64,000 nucleotides of DNA from an uncultured Gemmatimonadaceae bacterium (lineage in GTDB: Bacteria > Latescibacterota > UBA2968 > UBA8231), in assembly GCA_964591015.1 (NCBI GenBank), contig CAZPXM010000004.1, positions 10,517 to 74,516 on the forward strand, in the 5' to 3' direction. This document shows positions 27,825 to 37,780 of this stretch, in pieces. Both the position numbers and the translations under genes were made by a program. The stretch's first letter is position 1. Each line of letters starts with the position of its first letter. Under the pieces are notes generated by a model. That model was not told the origin of the DNA and did no database searches. It saw only the letters and a list, made by a program, of their open reading frames with translations.

Positions 27825-29209
27825 AACCGCTCTTCGGGCGCTACGCGCGACCGCATTTCGTCGGGATCGGCGGCGCCGGCATGGAGGTTCTCGCGCGCCT
27901 GGTGGCAGCGCTCGGGTGTCGCGTCAGCGGCACCGACGCGCGCGGGTCGGCCGTCCTGGATGCGCTGCGCGCCGACGGCATCGACGCGCGCGAAGGACAC
28001 GCGGTCGACGCGGTGCGCGGCGCCGATCTGGTGGTGTACTCGGCAGCCGTGGGCGAGGACAATCCGGAGTTGCGCCACGCCCGCCAGGCGGGCCTGCCAG
28101 TGGTGAGCCGCGCGGTGCTGCTGGGGGCGCTCTCGCGGCGCTTCCTCACCATCGCCGTCAGCGGGAGCCACGGCAAGACCACCACGGCCTCCATGCTGGC
28201 GGCCATTCTCGTTCGCGCTGGGTGGGATCCGAGCGTGGCGATCGGCGGCTGGCGCAACGGAGCTCCGCAGGCGCGCCTGGGAGGTGGCCCGCATCTGGTC
28301 GTCGAGGCCGACGAATACCGGAGTGCCTTTCTCGAACTGGCCCCCAGCTGGGCGGTGGTGACGAACGTGGATGCCGAGCACCTGGACTGCTTCGCCGATC
28401 TGGCGGCGGTGGAGGCGGCCTTTGCCGAGTTCCTGCGGCGCCTGCCGTTCTTCGGCCGGGCCTTCGTCGCCGGCGACGGGCAGGCAGGCGCGGCGGTGCT
28501 CGCGGCGCCATCGGTCCAGGTGGACACCTTCGGCCTGGGCGCGACGAACACGTGGCAGGCAGCGGACTTGGAGCTGCTGTCCTGGGGCAGCCGCTTCTGC
28601 GTTGCCCAGGCCGGCCGACCGCGCGCGCGCGTCGAGCTGCAGGTGCCGGGTGAGCACAACGCGCGCAACGCGCTGGCGGCGGCCGCGGTGGCCCTGCATC
28701 TGGAGGTTCCGGCCGAGCTCGTCGTCGCCGCGCTGAACGAGTACACGGGGGCAGCGCGCCGCCTGGAGATGCGCGGCCAGATCGGCGGCGTGACGGTGGT
28801 CGACGACTATGCCCATCATCCCACGGAAGTGCGGGCCTCCCTGGCGGCGATGCGCCGACGCGGGGGGCGAACCCTGGTGGTGTTCCAGCCACACCTGTTC
28901 AGCCGCACCAGGCTTCTGTGCGAGGATTTCGGGGCGGCCTTGCGGGAAGCGGACGAGGTGTTCCTGGCGCCCGTGTACGCGGCGCGGGAAGAGCCCGAAC
29001 CGGGGGTGGATTCGCAGCTGATCGCCGCTGCGCTGCGCGCGCGGGGACACGAGCGGGTGCACCTGCTGGGCCAGGATCCGACTCCTGCGGCGACGGTCCT
29101 GGCGCACTGTCGGCCCGGGGACACCGTCCTGGTGCTGGGCGCTGGCGACATAGGACGACTGGCGGACGAGTTGATGGTCGCGCTGCGGGATCGCGCAGGG
29201 GGAGGCTGA
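27818..29209 (+). CDS. murC: UDP-N-acetylmuramate--L-alanine ligase
   Basis: The GTG start overlaps the ftsW stop (GTGGTGA). HFVGIGGAGM, VSGSHGKTTT and DDYAHHPTE motifs. Confidence 0.9.
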   Translation: MVKPLFGRYARPHFVGIGGAGMEVLARLVAALGCRVSGTDARGSAVLDALRADGIDAREGHAVDAVRGADLVVYSAAVGEDNPELRHARQAGLPVVSRAVLLGALSRRFLTIAVSGSHGKTTTASMLAAILVRAGWDPSVAIGGWRNGAPQARLGGGPHLVVEADEYRSAFLELAPSWAVVTNVDAEHLDCFADLAAVEAAFAEFLRRLPFFGRAFVAGDGQAGAAVLAAPSVQVDTFGLGATNTWQAADLELLSWGSRFCVAQAGRPRARVELQVPGEHNARNALAAAAVALHLEVPAELVVAALNEYTGAARRLEMRGQIGGVTVVDDYAHHPTEVRASLAAMRRRGGRTLVVFQPHLFSRTRLLCEDFGAALREADEVFLAPVYAAREEPEPGVDSQLIAAALRARGHERVHLLGQDPTPAATVLAHCRPGDTVLVLGAGDIGRLADELMVALRDRAGGG

Positions 29210-29214
29210 GAATC

Positions 29215-30063
29215 ATGTCGGCGCACGCGGGCCTGACCATGGCGCGCGGCCGGCTGACCGGCCGGCCCCGGCAGATACGGCCGCCGCGACGCCATCGTCT
29301 CGGGCGCGCGCTGCGCCTGGGGTCTGGTCTGCTGCTGCTGGGCGGCGTCGGTTGGTGCCTGGCGCAGGCACCCCTGGTGCTGGCGCGATCGCCGCGGTGC
29401 CGGCTGGAGGCGCTGGAGGTCTCGGGGCACCAGGTCGTGGCCGGGCGTGAGGTGCTGGCCGCCAGCGGGCTGAGATCCGGTGACAACCTGTTTGCGATCG
29501 ATCTCGACGAGGTGCGGCGGAATATCGAGAAGCTGCCCTGGGTGCGCAGCGCCTACCTGCGTCGCCGTCCGCCCAACCGCCTGGTCGTGCGCATCGTGGA
29601 GAGAAGACGGGCTGCCTGGGTCGATCTGGGACGGATCTACGGCGTGGACGCCGAGGGAGTGGTCCTGCCCGGCGCGCCCGCGGCAGGGGAGGCACTGGCC
29701 GGGCTGGACTTGCCGGTGGTGAGCGGACTCGATTGTGCGCTGGATTCGCTGGCGGCTGGCGCCACGGTCCCCGACTCCATGCTCGTGGCGGTGCTGGAGT
29801 GGTGGGCCTGGCTGAACGCTGCGGATCCCGACTTCAGTCACAGCGTGTCCGAGATCCAGCCCATGGGCCCCGGTGCGGTTCGGCTGCTGCTGGTCGGCGA
29901 CGGACTGGAGGTGCGCCTGCCGCGCGAGTGCGTCGAGGCCCGGATCCGCACGTTGAAGGAGCTCATGAAGCGCGTGTACCGCGAGTGCCCCGAACCGGCC
30001 TATATCGACCTGCGGTTCGCCGGCCAGGCCGTAGTCGGCAGCAAGGAGCGGGATTCGTCATGA
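29215..30063 (+). CDS. ftsQ: cell division protein FtsQ/DivIB (POTRA domain)
   Basis: From MSAHAGLTMARG with RBS GGGGGAGG. It has a single TM (LGSGLLLLGGVGWCLA) and a POTRA-like segment (LEVSGHQVVAGREVLAASGLRSGDNLFAIDLDEVRRNIEKLPWVRSAYLRR). Its stop overlaps the ftsA ATG (ATGA). Confidence 0.7.
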   Translation: MSAHAGLTMARGRLTGRPRQIRPPRRHRLGRALRLGSGLLLLGGVGWCLAQAPLVLARSPRCRLEALEVSGHQVVAGREVLAASGLRSGDNLFAIDLDEVRRNIEKLPWVRSAYLRRRPPNRLVVRIVERRRAAWVDLGRIYGVDAEGVVLPGAPAAGEALAGLDLPVVSGLDCALDSLAAGATVPDSMLVAVLEWWAWLNAADPDFSHSVSEIQPMGPGAVRLLLVGDGLEVRLPRECVEARIRTLKELMKRVYRECPEPAYIDLRFAGQAVVGSKERDSS

Positions 30064-31322
30064 GAGCCGCTTGGGGGGGCCGCGGCCGCACCGCGGTAGG
30101 GCTCGACCTGGGGACGACGAAGATCGCCGCCGTGATCGCCGAGCGGGACAGCGATGGCGCTGTCAAGGTCGTCGGCGTGGGCAGCAGTCCGTCCGAGGGG
30201 CTGCGCCGTGGGGTCATCGTCGACGTCGAAAAGACCGTGCACGCCATCCGCCGGGCGCTCGAGGCCGCCGAGCTGATGGCTGGCGTGGAGGTGCAGGAGG
30301 TGCTCGCCGGCATCGCTGGCGAGCACGTCTCCAGCTGCAACAGCCGCGGCGTGGTCGCGGTGAGCGGGACGAGCGGCGAGGTGTCGCCGCGCGACAAGGA
30401 GCGGGTCATCGAGGCGGCGCGCGCTGTGTCGCTGGCCGGCGGCCGTCAAGTGCTGCATGTCCTGCCCCAGGAGTTCTTCGTCGACGGTCAGGGGGGCATC
30501 CGCGATCCGGTGGGCATCGCCGGTGTCCGGCTGGAGGCGGACGTCCATCTGGTGACGGGCGCCGCCACCGCGGTTCAGAACATCAGAAACACGATCACGC
30601 GCGCCGGCTGCACCGTGCGCGAGCTCGTTCTGGAGCCCCTTGCCGCCAGCCATGCGGTCCTGGACGAGGACGAGCGGGAGATGGGCGTCTGCCTGATCGA
30701 CATCGGCGGCGGCACCACCGACGTGGCGCTGTTCTCGCTCGGCGCCATCCGGCACACCTCCGTGCTCGGGCTGGGTGGCCAGAATGTGACGAACGACGTG
30801 GCGGTGGGGCTGCGCACTTCGTGGTCATTGGCGGAGCAGATCAAGTGCAGTTCGGGCACGGCCGTGGCCAGCCAGATCGCCGACGGCGAGGTGATCGAGG
30901 TCCCCGGCGTGGCTGGCCGGCTGCCCAGATCGATCCCGCGCCAGGAGGTGGCGTCGATCATCGGCATGCGGATGGAGGAGATCTTCGGCCTGGTGCGCGA
31001 GGAGCTGCACGCCGCCGGTCTGGATCAGCCGCTCGGCGCCGGCGTCGTCCTGACCGGCGGCGGGGCGCTCATCGAGGGGGTCGCGGAGCTGGCGGAGCAG
31101 GTTTTCCGGATGCCGGTGCGGATCGGCAATCCCGTGGGCGTCTGCGGCCTCGTGGACCGGGTCTCCAGCCCGGTCTTCGCGGCAGCGGTGGGCCTGGCCC
31201 GCTACGGTCTGATGGACCGCCCGTCCGGCAGCGACGAGGGGCGCCAGCGCCGGCCAGCCGCCCAGCGCGCCGGCGCGCCCTGGTGGCGGGCAGTGGTGGA
31301 ATGGGTGTCGGCGTCGTTCTGA
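30060..31322 (+). CDS. ftsA: cell division protein FtsA
   Basis: VGLDLGTTKIAAVIAE (actin-fold phosphate-1), DIGGGTTDVALF (phosphate-2) and a C-terminal amphipathic tail. Confidence 0.9.
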   Translation: MRAAWGGRGRTAVGLDLGTTKIAAVIAERDSDGAVKVVGVGSSPSEGLRRGVIVDVEKTVHAIRRALEAAELMAGVEVQEVLAGIAGEHVSSCNSRGVVAVSGTSGEVSPRDKERVIEAARAVSLAGGRQVLHVLPQEFFVDGQGGIRDPVGIAGVRLEADVHLVTGAATAVQNIRNTITRAGCTVRELVLEPLAASHAVLDEDEREMGVCLIDIGGGTTDVALFSLGAIRHTSVLGLGGQNVTNDVAVGLRTSWSLAEQIKCSSGTAVASQIADGEVIEVPGVAGRLPRSIPRQEVASIIGMRMEEIFGLVREELHAAGLDQPLGAGVVLTGGGALIEGVAELAEQVFRMPVRIGNPVGVCGLVDRVSSPVFAAAVGLARYGLMDRPSGSDEGRQRRPAAQRAGAPWWRAVVEWVSASF

Positions 31323-31378
31323 CGGTGTTTCCATGAGAGGTTGAGCCACCCACGGCCTCATTCCGAGAGGAGGGAACC

Positions 31379-32545
31379 ATGACCTACAAGATCGTCGACA
31401 GCCGCCAGCGCAAGGCCTCTATCAAGGTCGTCGGCGTCGGCGGCGCAGGGGGGAACGCCATCAATCGGATGATCGGCTCCGGCATGTACGGCGTCGAGTT
31501 CATCGCGCTCAACACCGACGCTCAGGCCCTCGAGCATTGCCAGGCCGACATCACCCTCTGCATCGGCCAGCAGAACGCCACGAACGGCCTGGGAGCTGGT
31601 GCCCAGCCCGAACGGGCGCGCCAGGCCATCGAAGAGGACCGGGACAAGGTGGCCGAGTGTCTCAAGGACACCGACCTGGTCTTCATCACGGCGGGCATGG
31701 GGGGCGGCACGGGTACGGGGGCGGCGCCCACGGTCGCGGCGATCGCACGCGAGCAGGGCGCGCTGACGATCGGCATCGTCACCGAGCCGTTCCTGGTGGA
31801 GGGCTTCCCGCGCATGCGCAACGCGCTGGCGGGCATCGCCGAGATGCAGGAGCACGTCGACACGCTGATCACGATCAAGAACCAGCGGCTGCTGTCGATC
31901 TGCTCGCGCGAGACGACGCTGCAGGAGGCCTTCCTCAAGGCGGACGAGGTGCTCATGCACTCGGCGCGGGGCATCTCCGATCTGATCACGGTTCCCGGCG
32001 TGATCAACCTGGACTTCCAGGATGTGAAGACCACCGTCGAGAACGGCGGCGACGCGATCATCGGCGTCGGGTCGCACCGTGGCGAGAACCGAGCCATCGA
32101 GGCCGCCAAGAAGGCGATCAAGAGCCCCCTGCTCGAGGACGTCTCGATCGAGGGGGCGAAGCGGGTGCTGATGAACATCGCGGCCGACTCCAGCCTCACC
32201 CTCTTCGAGGCTCACGAGGCGATGGCCCTGATCCACGACACGGTCGGCCAGGAGGCGAACATCATCCTCGGGACGGCGCTGGACGATCGTCTGGTCGACG
32301 AGGTCCGCGTCACCGTGATCGCGACGGGCTTCGAGCGGAACAAGGAGGGTACCAAGCTGGCGGTGAAGCAGGCGGAGGCCGGCAACGGCGGTGCTGCCGA
32401 GCGTGCCGTGGAGACCGACCTGTCGGTGCCGGCGTATCTGCGCCGCAATGCCCCGGCCGCCGCAGCCGATGCCGGCCCGGCGCCTTCCAGGGTCCGGGTC
32501 GACAATCTCGATTACCCGACCTTCCTGCGGCGCAAGATGGCCTGA
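31379..32545 (+). CDS. ftsZ: cell division GTPase FtsZ
   Basis: Tubulin signature [24 protein letters not shown] and NTDAQAL; RBS GAGAGGAGGG. Confidence 0.95.
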   Translation: MTYKIVDSRQRKASIKVVGVGGAGGNAINRMIGSGMYGVEFIALNTDAQALEHCQADITLCIGQQNATNGLGAGAQPERARQAIEEDRDKVAECLKDTDLVFITAGMGGGTGTGAAPTVAAIAREQGALTIGIVTEPFLVEGFPRMRNALAGIAEMQEHVDTLITIKNQRLLSICSRETTLQEAFLKADEVLMHSARGISDLITVPGVINLDFQDVKTTVENGGDAIIGVGSHRGENRAIEAAKKAIKSPLLEDVSIEGAKRVLMNIAADSSLTLFEAHEAMALIHDTVGQEANIILGTALDDRLVDEVRVTVIATGFERNKEGTKLAVKQAEAGNGGAAERAVETDLSVPAYLRRNAPAAAADAGPAPSRVRVDNLDYPTFLRRKMA

Positions 32546-32786
32546 AGGCGGCGCGGGGTGTCGGGCCCGGACGGGCGGCCGGCGGCGGCTCTGGGTCGTG
32601 CCGGCCGCCCGTGGCATGTCCACTGGCCCCGCGTGGAGCCAAGCCTGCCGCGCCCGGCGGAGAGCTGGCCCGCACGGCGGGGAAGCGTTGATCGGCGGAG
32701 CAGCAGTGCCTACATTGCCGACCGGTTGGCGGTGCCGCGGGGCGGGGAGGCGGTTGGCGTCGCGGGCGGCTCGCGGAGGATGGCGA

Positions 32787-33239
32787 ATGGCTGTGCTGCA
32801 GGTGGGTATCGTTGTCGGCAGCAGGTCCGACGAGCAGACCATGGCCCGCGCGGGCGAGGTGCTCGACGAACTGGGCATCGGCTACGAGCTGGTAGTGTCC
32901 TCGGCCCACCGCCACCCGGATCGCACGGTGGCGTACGCGCGCGAAGCCGCCAGCCGAGGCCTGCGCGTCATCATCGCCGGGGCGGGGCTGGCAGCCGCGC
33001 TGCCAGGAGTGCTGGCGGCGCACACGCTGCTGCCCGTGATCGGCGTGCCCCTGGCTGCCGGGCCGCTGCACGGCGTCGATTCCCTGTACTCCATCGTGCA
33101 GATGCCGTCCGGTATCCCGGTAGCCACGGTGGGCATCGACAATGCGAGGAATGCGGCGATGCTGGCTGCCCAGATCCTCGCGCTGGGCGATCCGAGCCTG
33201 GCCACGGCCGTCGCCCGCTACCGGGCCAAGTGGGACTGA
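32787..33239 (+). CDS. purE: N5-carboxyaminoimidazole ribonucleotide mutase
   Basis: [19 protein letters not shown]...[16 protein letters not shown]...[27 protein letters not shown] is the canonical PurE core; RBS GGAGGA. Confidence 0.85.
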   Translation: MAVLQVGIVVGSRSDEQTMARAGEVLDELGIGYELVVSSAHRHPDRTVAYAREAASRGLRVIIAGAGLAAALPGVLAAHTLLPVIGVPLAAGPLHGVDSLYSIVQMPSGIPVATVGIDNARNAAMLAAQILALGDPSLATAVARYRAKWD

Positions 33240-33261
33240 GTCGAAAGGGGGGAACGGTGTA

Positions 33262-33960
33262 TTGACCAACAAACGAACTATCTCGCGTCTTCTCTCGCTG
33301 ATGCTGCGTCACCGGCCCGACGAGTTCGGTCTGGACATCGATGCCCACGGCTATGTGCCGCTGGCCCAGGTCGTGCAGGCCGTGCAGGAGCGGCACCGAG
33401 AGGTCACCGAGGAAGATATCCTCGACCTGCTCCGGGCGCCCGACCAGCGCCGCTTCGAGCTGAACGAGCACGGTATCCGGGCGCTGTACGGGCACAGCTT
33501 CTTCGTCGAGATGGACGGAGCGCCGATGGAGCCGCCGGAGCGGCTCTACCTGGGCAGCACGGCCGCGGAAGCTCGGCGCTTCCAGTCGCAGGGAGTCAGT
33601 CCCGGCGATCGCTTCTACGTGCACCTGTCTCGCGACCGCCAGACCGCCGCGGCCCGCAGCCGCGAGGAGGGCGGGCCGGTGGTGGTCGAGATTCTCGCCA
33701 AGGCGGCGGCAGCGGCGGGAGTGCTGTTCTACGAGCGAGGGGCCGTCGTGCTGACGCGCTCTGTTCCTGCGCAGTTCGTGGGGCAGGTGCACGGTCTGCC
33801 CGCAGCGGCGGCGAGCGAGGAGCAGGCTGGCGGAGCGGCCAGCGGCGCGATCCGGCAGCCCGCGCCGGCGCCGACGGGTGCCGAACCCGTGCGACCGGCC
33901 ACCCTTCCCAAGGGCCCGATCAGCTACGGACGGCGACCGCGCAAGCAGGTCCGTCGCTGA
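33262..33960 (+). CDS. kptA: RNA 2'-phosphotransferase KptA/Tpt1 family with low-complexity C-terminal tail
   Basis: TTG start after aaGGGGGGaac. TNKRTISRLLSLMLRHRPDEFGLDIDAHGYVPL...LYGHSFFV...FYVHLS matches the Tpt1 fold motifs. The C-terminal ~50 aa are A/P/G-rich. Confidence 0.7.
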   Translation: MTNKRTISRLLSLMLRHRPDEFGLDIDAHGYVPLAQVVQAVQERHREVTEEDILDLLRAPDQRRFELNEHGIRALYGHSFFVEMDGAPMEPPERLYLGSTAAEARRFQSQGVSPGDRFYVHLSRDRQTAAARSREEGGPVVVEILAKAAAAAGVLFYERGAVVLTRSVPAQFVGQVHGLPAAAASEEQAGGAASGAIRQPAPAPTGAEPVRPATLPKGPISYGRRPRKQVRR

Positions 33961-34011
33961 CCAGGCCGGCCGCCAGGGCGGGTCCTGCCGGGCAGTGGTG
34001 GGGGCGTGCGC

Positions 34012-36108
34012 ATGGCTCTGGGGCGAACGTCGTCGCGGTCCTGGCTGCGTCGCTGGCGGCGTCAGGTGCTGGCGGCGGGCGCCGCCGGCCTGCTTCTGGG
34101 CGCCGTGGGTTACGGGGTCGGTGCCGCGGGCTCGTCGCGAGCATTCACGGCGGACGTTGCCCTGCGAGTCGACCTGTCCAGGCCTCTGCCGGCAGTACCG
34201 GGAAGCGAGGCGGCTGCCTCGAGCGGCAGCGCGCTGGAGCAGTTCCGCAGCCTGCTGACGAGCGGGCCGGTGCTGGAGCGAGCGGCAGCGGCCCTGGCAG
34301 CGTCCGGAGCGCTCCCGGCGCCGGGCGCTGTGCCCGCGGCTGCCGCGGTCCGGGGCTGGATCGCCTCACGGGCGGATCCCCGGACTGGCACCATCGTGGT
34401 CACGGTCAGGCACGCCGACCAGGGGCTGGTCGCGCTGCTGGTGGACACCCTGGCAGCGGTCTACGAGGGATTCGCGTGCGATCCCCGGGTCCTGGAGGAG
34501 GCCTCGCGCCAGCGGGCCGAGGCGGCCAGCCGCCGCGACCGCGCCGAGGCGGATCTGCGAGCGGCCGAGGCGGCCCTGCGGGGGGCGTGGCCCCAGCCCC
34601 TGGACTCGCTCGCGGTCGCTCGGCGAGCTGCCGCCGAGCAGCTCGACTCGGCCGCCGCCGAGCTGGACCTGCTGGCGGCCGAGCTGGACGCCGCCAGTGC
34701 CGCGCTGGCGGCCCTGAGTGCCGGCGACGAGCCGTCGTGGACGGTCCTGCGGCGAGCCATGCAGGTGCCGGCAGGCGAGCGCTGCGCCGAGCTGGCATAC
34801 CGGCTGAACGAGCTGCGGCTGGATCGCGAGGCGCTGCTGGTCCGGCACATGGAGCACGACCCGTCGGTGCAGGATGTGGACCGCGAGATGGCCGCCACTA
34901 CCGGCGCCCTGGCAGCGGAGCTGCAGCGGTACGTGGCGGCCGTCCAGCGCGAGGTAGATGCCGCGCGGCAGCGTCGCGCCCAGGCCCGAGCCGAGCACGA
35001 CCGTCTGGCAGCGGCGCTCCTTGAAGTGCAGCAGCGCGCGGCTGCGGTAGAGGCTCGCCGTCAAGCGCTGGCGGAGGTGGAAGCGGGCTACCGCCAGGCT
35101 GTGGAGGACGAGGAGCGGGCCTTGGCGGGCCCTGTCACTGTCGTGGCCAGGACGCACCGTCCCGGTCGCGCGGCGGCCGATCGTCGGCCTCTCTGGTGGG
35201 CGCTGGCCGGCGCACTGGCGGGAATCGTCGCCGGCGCTGGCGCCAGCGTGGCGGCAGGCCTGGCGAGGTCGCGAGCAGGAGCGGCCGGCCGGCGGCGGGC
35301 AGAGGGCCCTCGCTCGGCCTGGCGTCGCGGGATGGCCGACTGCCTGCTGGCGGTCTGCGTGGCGGGTCTGGTCTGGCAGATGACCCGGGTGGACCGGTTG
35401 GCCTGGTCGGAGGCTAGCCGTGGGGCAGCCGCCGCCGGGCGGGAGCCTGGCGCCGCGGGCCACCTAGCCGCTGGTACCGAGCCCGCGACGCAGCCAGCGC
35501 CGCCCGCGCCGCCGGCGCCGCCGCTGCCGCGAGCGTCTGGAGACGCCGCTGTTGTTGCCAGCGGACGGGAGGAAGGATCCGGGCCAGTCTCGCTGCCGGA
35601 TGCGGCACCGACGCCAGCGGGCCGCAGCAGCGCCGCGCCCGCAGGGGCGGGGCCAGGCGCAGGTCCGTTCGCGGTGCGCGTGGCTGCCTATGCTGCCGGC
35701 AGCCCGTGGGCGGCCCGCTGGCTCGACTCGCTGCGCGCGGCGGCCTATCCTGCGTTCCTGGCGCCGGTGGAGAGCGGAGATGGCGGCGCGTTGATGCGGC
35801 TGCTGGTGGGAGCGTACGCGACCGAGACGGCGGCGCGCGCGGTGGGCGAGGGGCTGCGGCAGCAAGGGCTGATCGAGGGGTACGCGGTGATGCGGCTGCC
35901 ATACGCGCTCGCGTGGCCGCCGGATGCGGCTGCCGGGGCGGCGACGGCCGCGGCTCCGGCTCCGCTGGCGCCCTACGCGTACGAGGTGACCGACAGCGGG
36001 GGCGGGACGCGCCGCCTGGTCGGAGCCTTCGCCAGCGAGAAGGAGGCGCGGGCCTTCGCGGCCAGGCTGGCTGTGGCCGGCACGGCGGTGGTGGTGGTTC
36101 GGCGGTAG
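34012..36108 (+). CDS. membrane protein with Wzz/PCP-like coiled-coil periplasmic region and two C-terminal SPOR domains
   Basis: N-terminal TM (AAGAAGLLLGAVGYGVGAAGS), then a ~350-aa coiled-coil/Ala-rich region. Two more hydrophobic segments follow (LWWALAGALAGIVAGAGASVAAGLA; CLLAVCVAGLVWQM). Then come two SPOR-like repeats (FAVRVAAYAAGSPWAARWLDSLRAAAYPAFL...; YEVTDSGGGTRRLVGAFASEKEARAFAARLAVAG). Confidence 0.55.
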   Translation: MALGRTSSRSWLRRWRRQVLAAGAAGLLLGAVGYGVGAAGSSRAFTADVALRVDLSRPLPAVPGSEAAASSGSALEQFRSLLTSGPVLERAAAALAASGALPAPGAVPAAAAVRGWIASRADPRTGTIVVTVRHADQGLVALLVDTLAAVYEGFACDPRVLEEASRQRAEAASRRDRAEADLRAAEAALRGAWPQPLDSLAVARRAAAEQLDSAAAELDLLAAELDAASAALAALSAGDEPSWTVLRRAMQVPAGERCAELAYRLNELRLDREALLVRHMEHDPSVQDVDREMAATTGALAAELQRYVAAVQREVDAARQRRAQARAEHDRLAAALLEVQQRAAAVEARRQALAEVEAGYRQAVEDEERALAGPVTVVARTHRPGRAAADRRPLWWALAGALAGIVAGAGASVAAGLARSRAGAAGRRRAEGPRSAWRRGMADCLLAVCVAGLVWQMTRVDRLAWSEASRGAAAAGREPGAAGHLAAGTEPATQPAPPAPPAPPLPRASGDAAVVASGREEGSGPVSLPDAAPTPAGRSSAAPAGAGPGAGPFAVRVAAYAAGSPWAARWLDSLRAAAYPAFLAPVESGDGGALMRLLVGAYATETAARAVGEGLRQQGLIEGYAVMRLPYALAWPPDAAAGAATAAAPAPLAPYAYEVTDSGGGTRRLVGAFASEKEARAFAARLAVAGTAVVVVRR

Positions 36109-36235
36109 AACCGAGAAGCCGTCGGCGATCAGCGGCCGCCGCCGGCGCGGCCCGGGGGCTGGCGCCGGGCCGCGTTGCGGCTGGCTCGAATTGCGCACGG
36201 ACACTGCAGTCCTGGCGGTGAGTTCCGAGACGGCC

Positions 36236-37714
36236 ATGAGGCGAGTTGCTCTGGGGGCGCTGTTGGGCACGGCGCTGTGGGCCAGTCCGGCGGCTGCGGG
36301 GGACTACGAGGCGTTGCGGGCGGCGGTGGGCGTGCGGTCTGGGTTCAGCGGCGGCAGCCAGTCCGTGGGCGAGCTTGCGCAGGCGGCGCGTGCCCGTGGG
36401 CTGGACGCTCTGGTGCTGACGGACGACTATCGGGCGTCCATCGAGCACGGCTGGCCCGGGCTGCGGCGCCTGACGTCGCGCCGCACGAACGCGCCCTCGT
36501 TGCCGGACGGCGTCGCGGTCCAGGAGTACCTGGAGGCTGTCCGGCGCGTGCAGGACTCGCAGCCCGACCTGGTGCTGCTCGAAGGGGTGCGTGCGACTCC
36601 CTTCTATCGCTGGGAGATCGACTGGAAGCGGGCGCGCTGGACGCTGCGCGGCGCGCGGCGCAAGATGCTGGCTGTCGGCCTGGATGGACCAGCGGCCTAC
36701 GGGGCGCTTCCCGTCGGGGGCAGCCGGGGGGTGGAGCGCTGGGGCTGGCCGAGCCTCCTGCTCGTGTGGCCGCTGGCCGGGCTGCTCTACGCCTGGCTGG
36801 CAGCGGGCTGCCGTCCCCGGTGGGCGCGCTGGACCGCCGGCGTGGCCGCCGCACTCCTGCTGGTCAACAACGCGCCCTTCCGCCTGCCGCGCTGGAGCGC
36901 CTATGGAGGCGACCCGGGAGCCGAGCCGTACCAGGCCTTCATCGACCACGTGCGCGGACACGGCGGTGCGGCGCTGTGGGCGCCGGCCGACAGCCTGCCG
37001 CGGCCGTGGCCCGTCAAGGTGCTCGGCGGCCGCGTCGAGCTGCCCGCGGGGGGGCCGCCTGCGCCGGATCTGGCCGGCACCCATGGATACGTGGCATTCG
37101 CGGCGCTGGACCCCGGGGCGCCGGCCGTGGCCGAGCCGGGCGAGGAGTGGGATCGGCTCCTGGGCGAATACCTGAGCGGCCGCCGCCCGGCCCCGGTGTG
37201 GGCCACGGGCCAGGTGGGCGGTGGCAGCCGGGACGAGCGCCAGCAGGAATCGTGGGGCGGTATCGAGACGGTCTTCTGGGCGCGCGAACGGTCGCGGCAG
37301 GGGCTCTTCGAGGCGTTGCTGGCAGGCCGCATGTACGCCGTTCGCGCGGCGGAGAACCGACTGGTGCTGCAGGATTTCGGCGTGTCGCGCGGCGAGGTGG
37401 AGGCGGTCAGCGGCGGCACGGCCGTCGGTACGGGCTGGGTCCGTGTCCGCGGCGCGATCTCGCTGGCGGGCGGCGCCCGGGACACGATCCACGTGCGCAT
37501 CGTGCGGGCGGGCACGGTCGTGGCGGCCGTGCAGGGGACTGGCCCGATCGAGTTCGGGTGCATGGACAGTGGTCCTTCGCCCGGCGAGCGCACCTACTAC
37601 CGCGTGCTGGCGAGGGCGCCGGGCGCGGAGCTGGTCTCCAATCCCATCTTCGTCGAGAGCGTCGGTTCGGCGGCTGCCGCCTCCGGGCCCGCCGCCGACT
37701 CCTCCCGTCCGTGA
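36236..37714 (+). CDS. hypothetical secreted/membrane-anchored protein
   Basis: From MRRVALGALLGTALWASPAAAG (signal peptide) with internal hydrophobic segments (WPSLLLVWPLAGLLYAWLAAGC, WTAGVAAALLLVN). No confident family assignment. Its long length, signal peptide and lack of a competing sense-strand gene support coding. Confidence 0.4.
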   Translation: MRRVALGALLGTALWASPAAAGDYEALRAAVGVRSGFSGGSQSVGELAQAARARGLDALVLTDDYRASIEHGWPGLRRLTSRRTNAPSLPDGVAVQEYLEAVRRVQDSQPDLVLLEGVRATPFYRWEIDWKRARWTLRGARRKMLAVGLDGPAAYGALPVGGSRGVERWGWPSLLLVWPLAGLLYAWLAAGCRPRWARWTAGVAAALLLVNNAPFRLPRWSAYGGDPGAEPYQAFIDHVRGHGGAALWAPADSLPRPWPVKVLGGRVELPAGGPPAPDLAGTHGYVAFAALDPGAPAVAEPGEEWDRLLGEYLSGRRPAPVWATGQVGGGSRDERQQESWGGIETVFWARERSRQGLFEALLAGRMYAVRAAENRLVLQDFGVSRGEVEAVSGGTAVGTGWVRVRGAISLAGGARDTIHVRIVRAGTVVAAVQGTGPIEFGCMDSGPSPGERTYYRVLARAPGAELVSNPIFVESVGSAAAASGPAADSSRP

Positions 37715-37780
37715 CCGACAGGCGACGGGTCGCGCAAGCCGCGCGGCGGGCGCGGTGATCCCTCTGTCTGGAGTGCAAGG

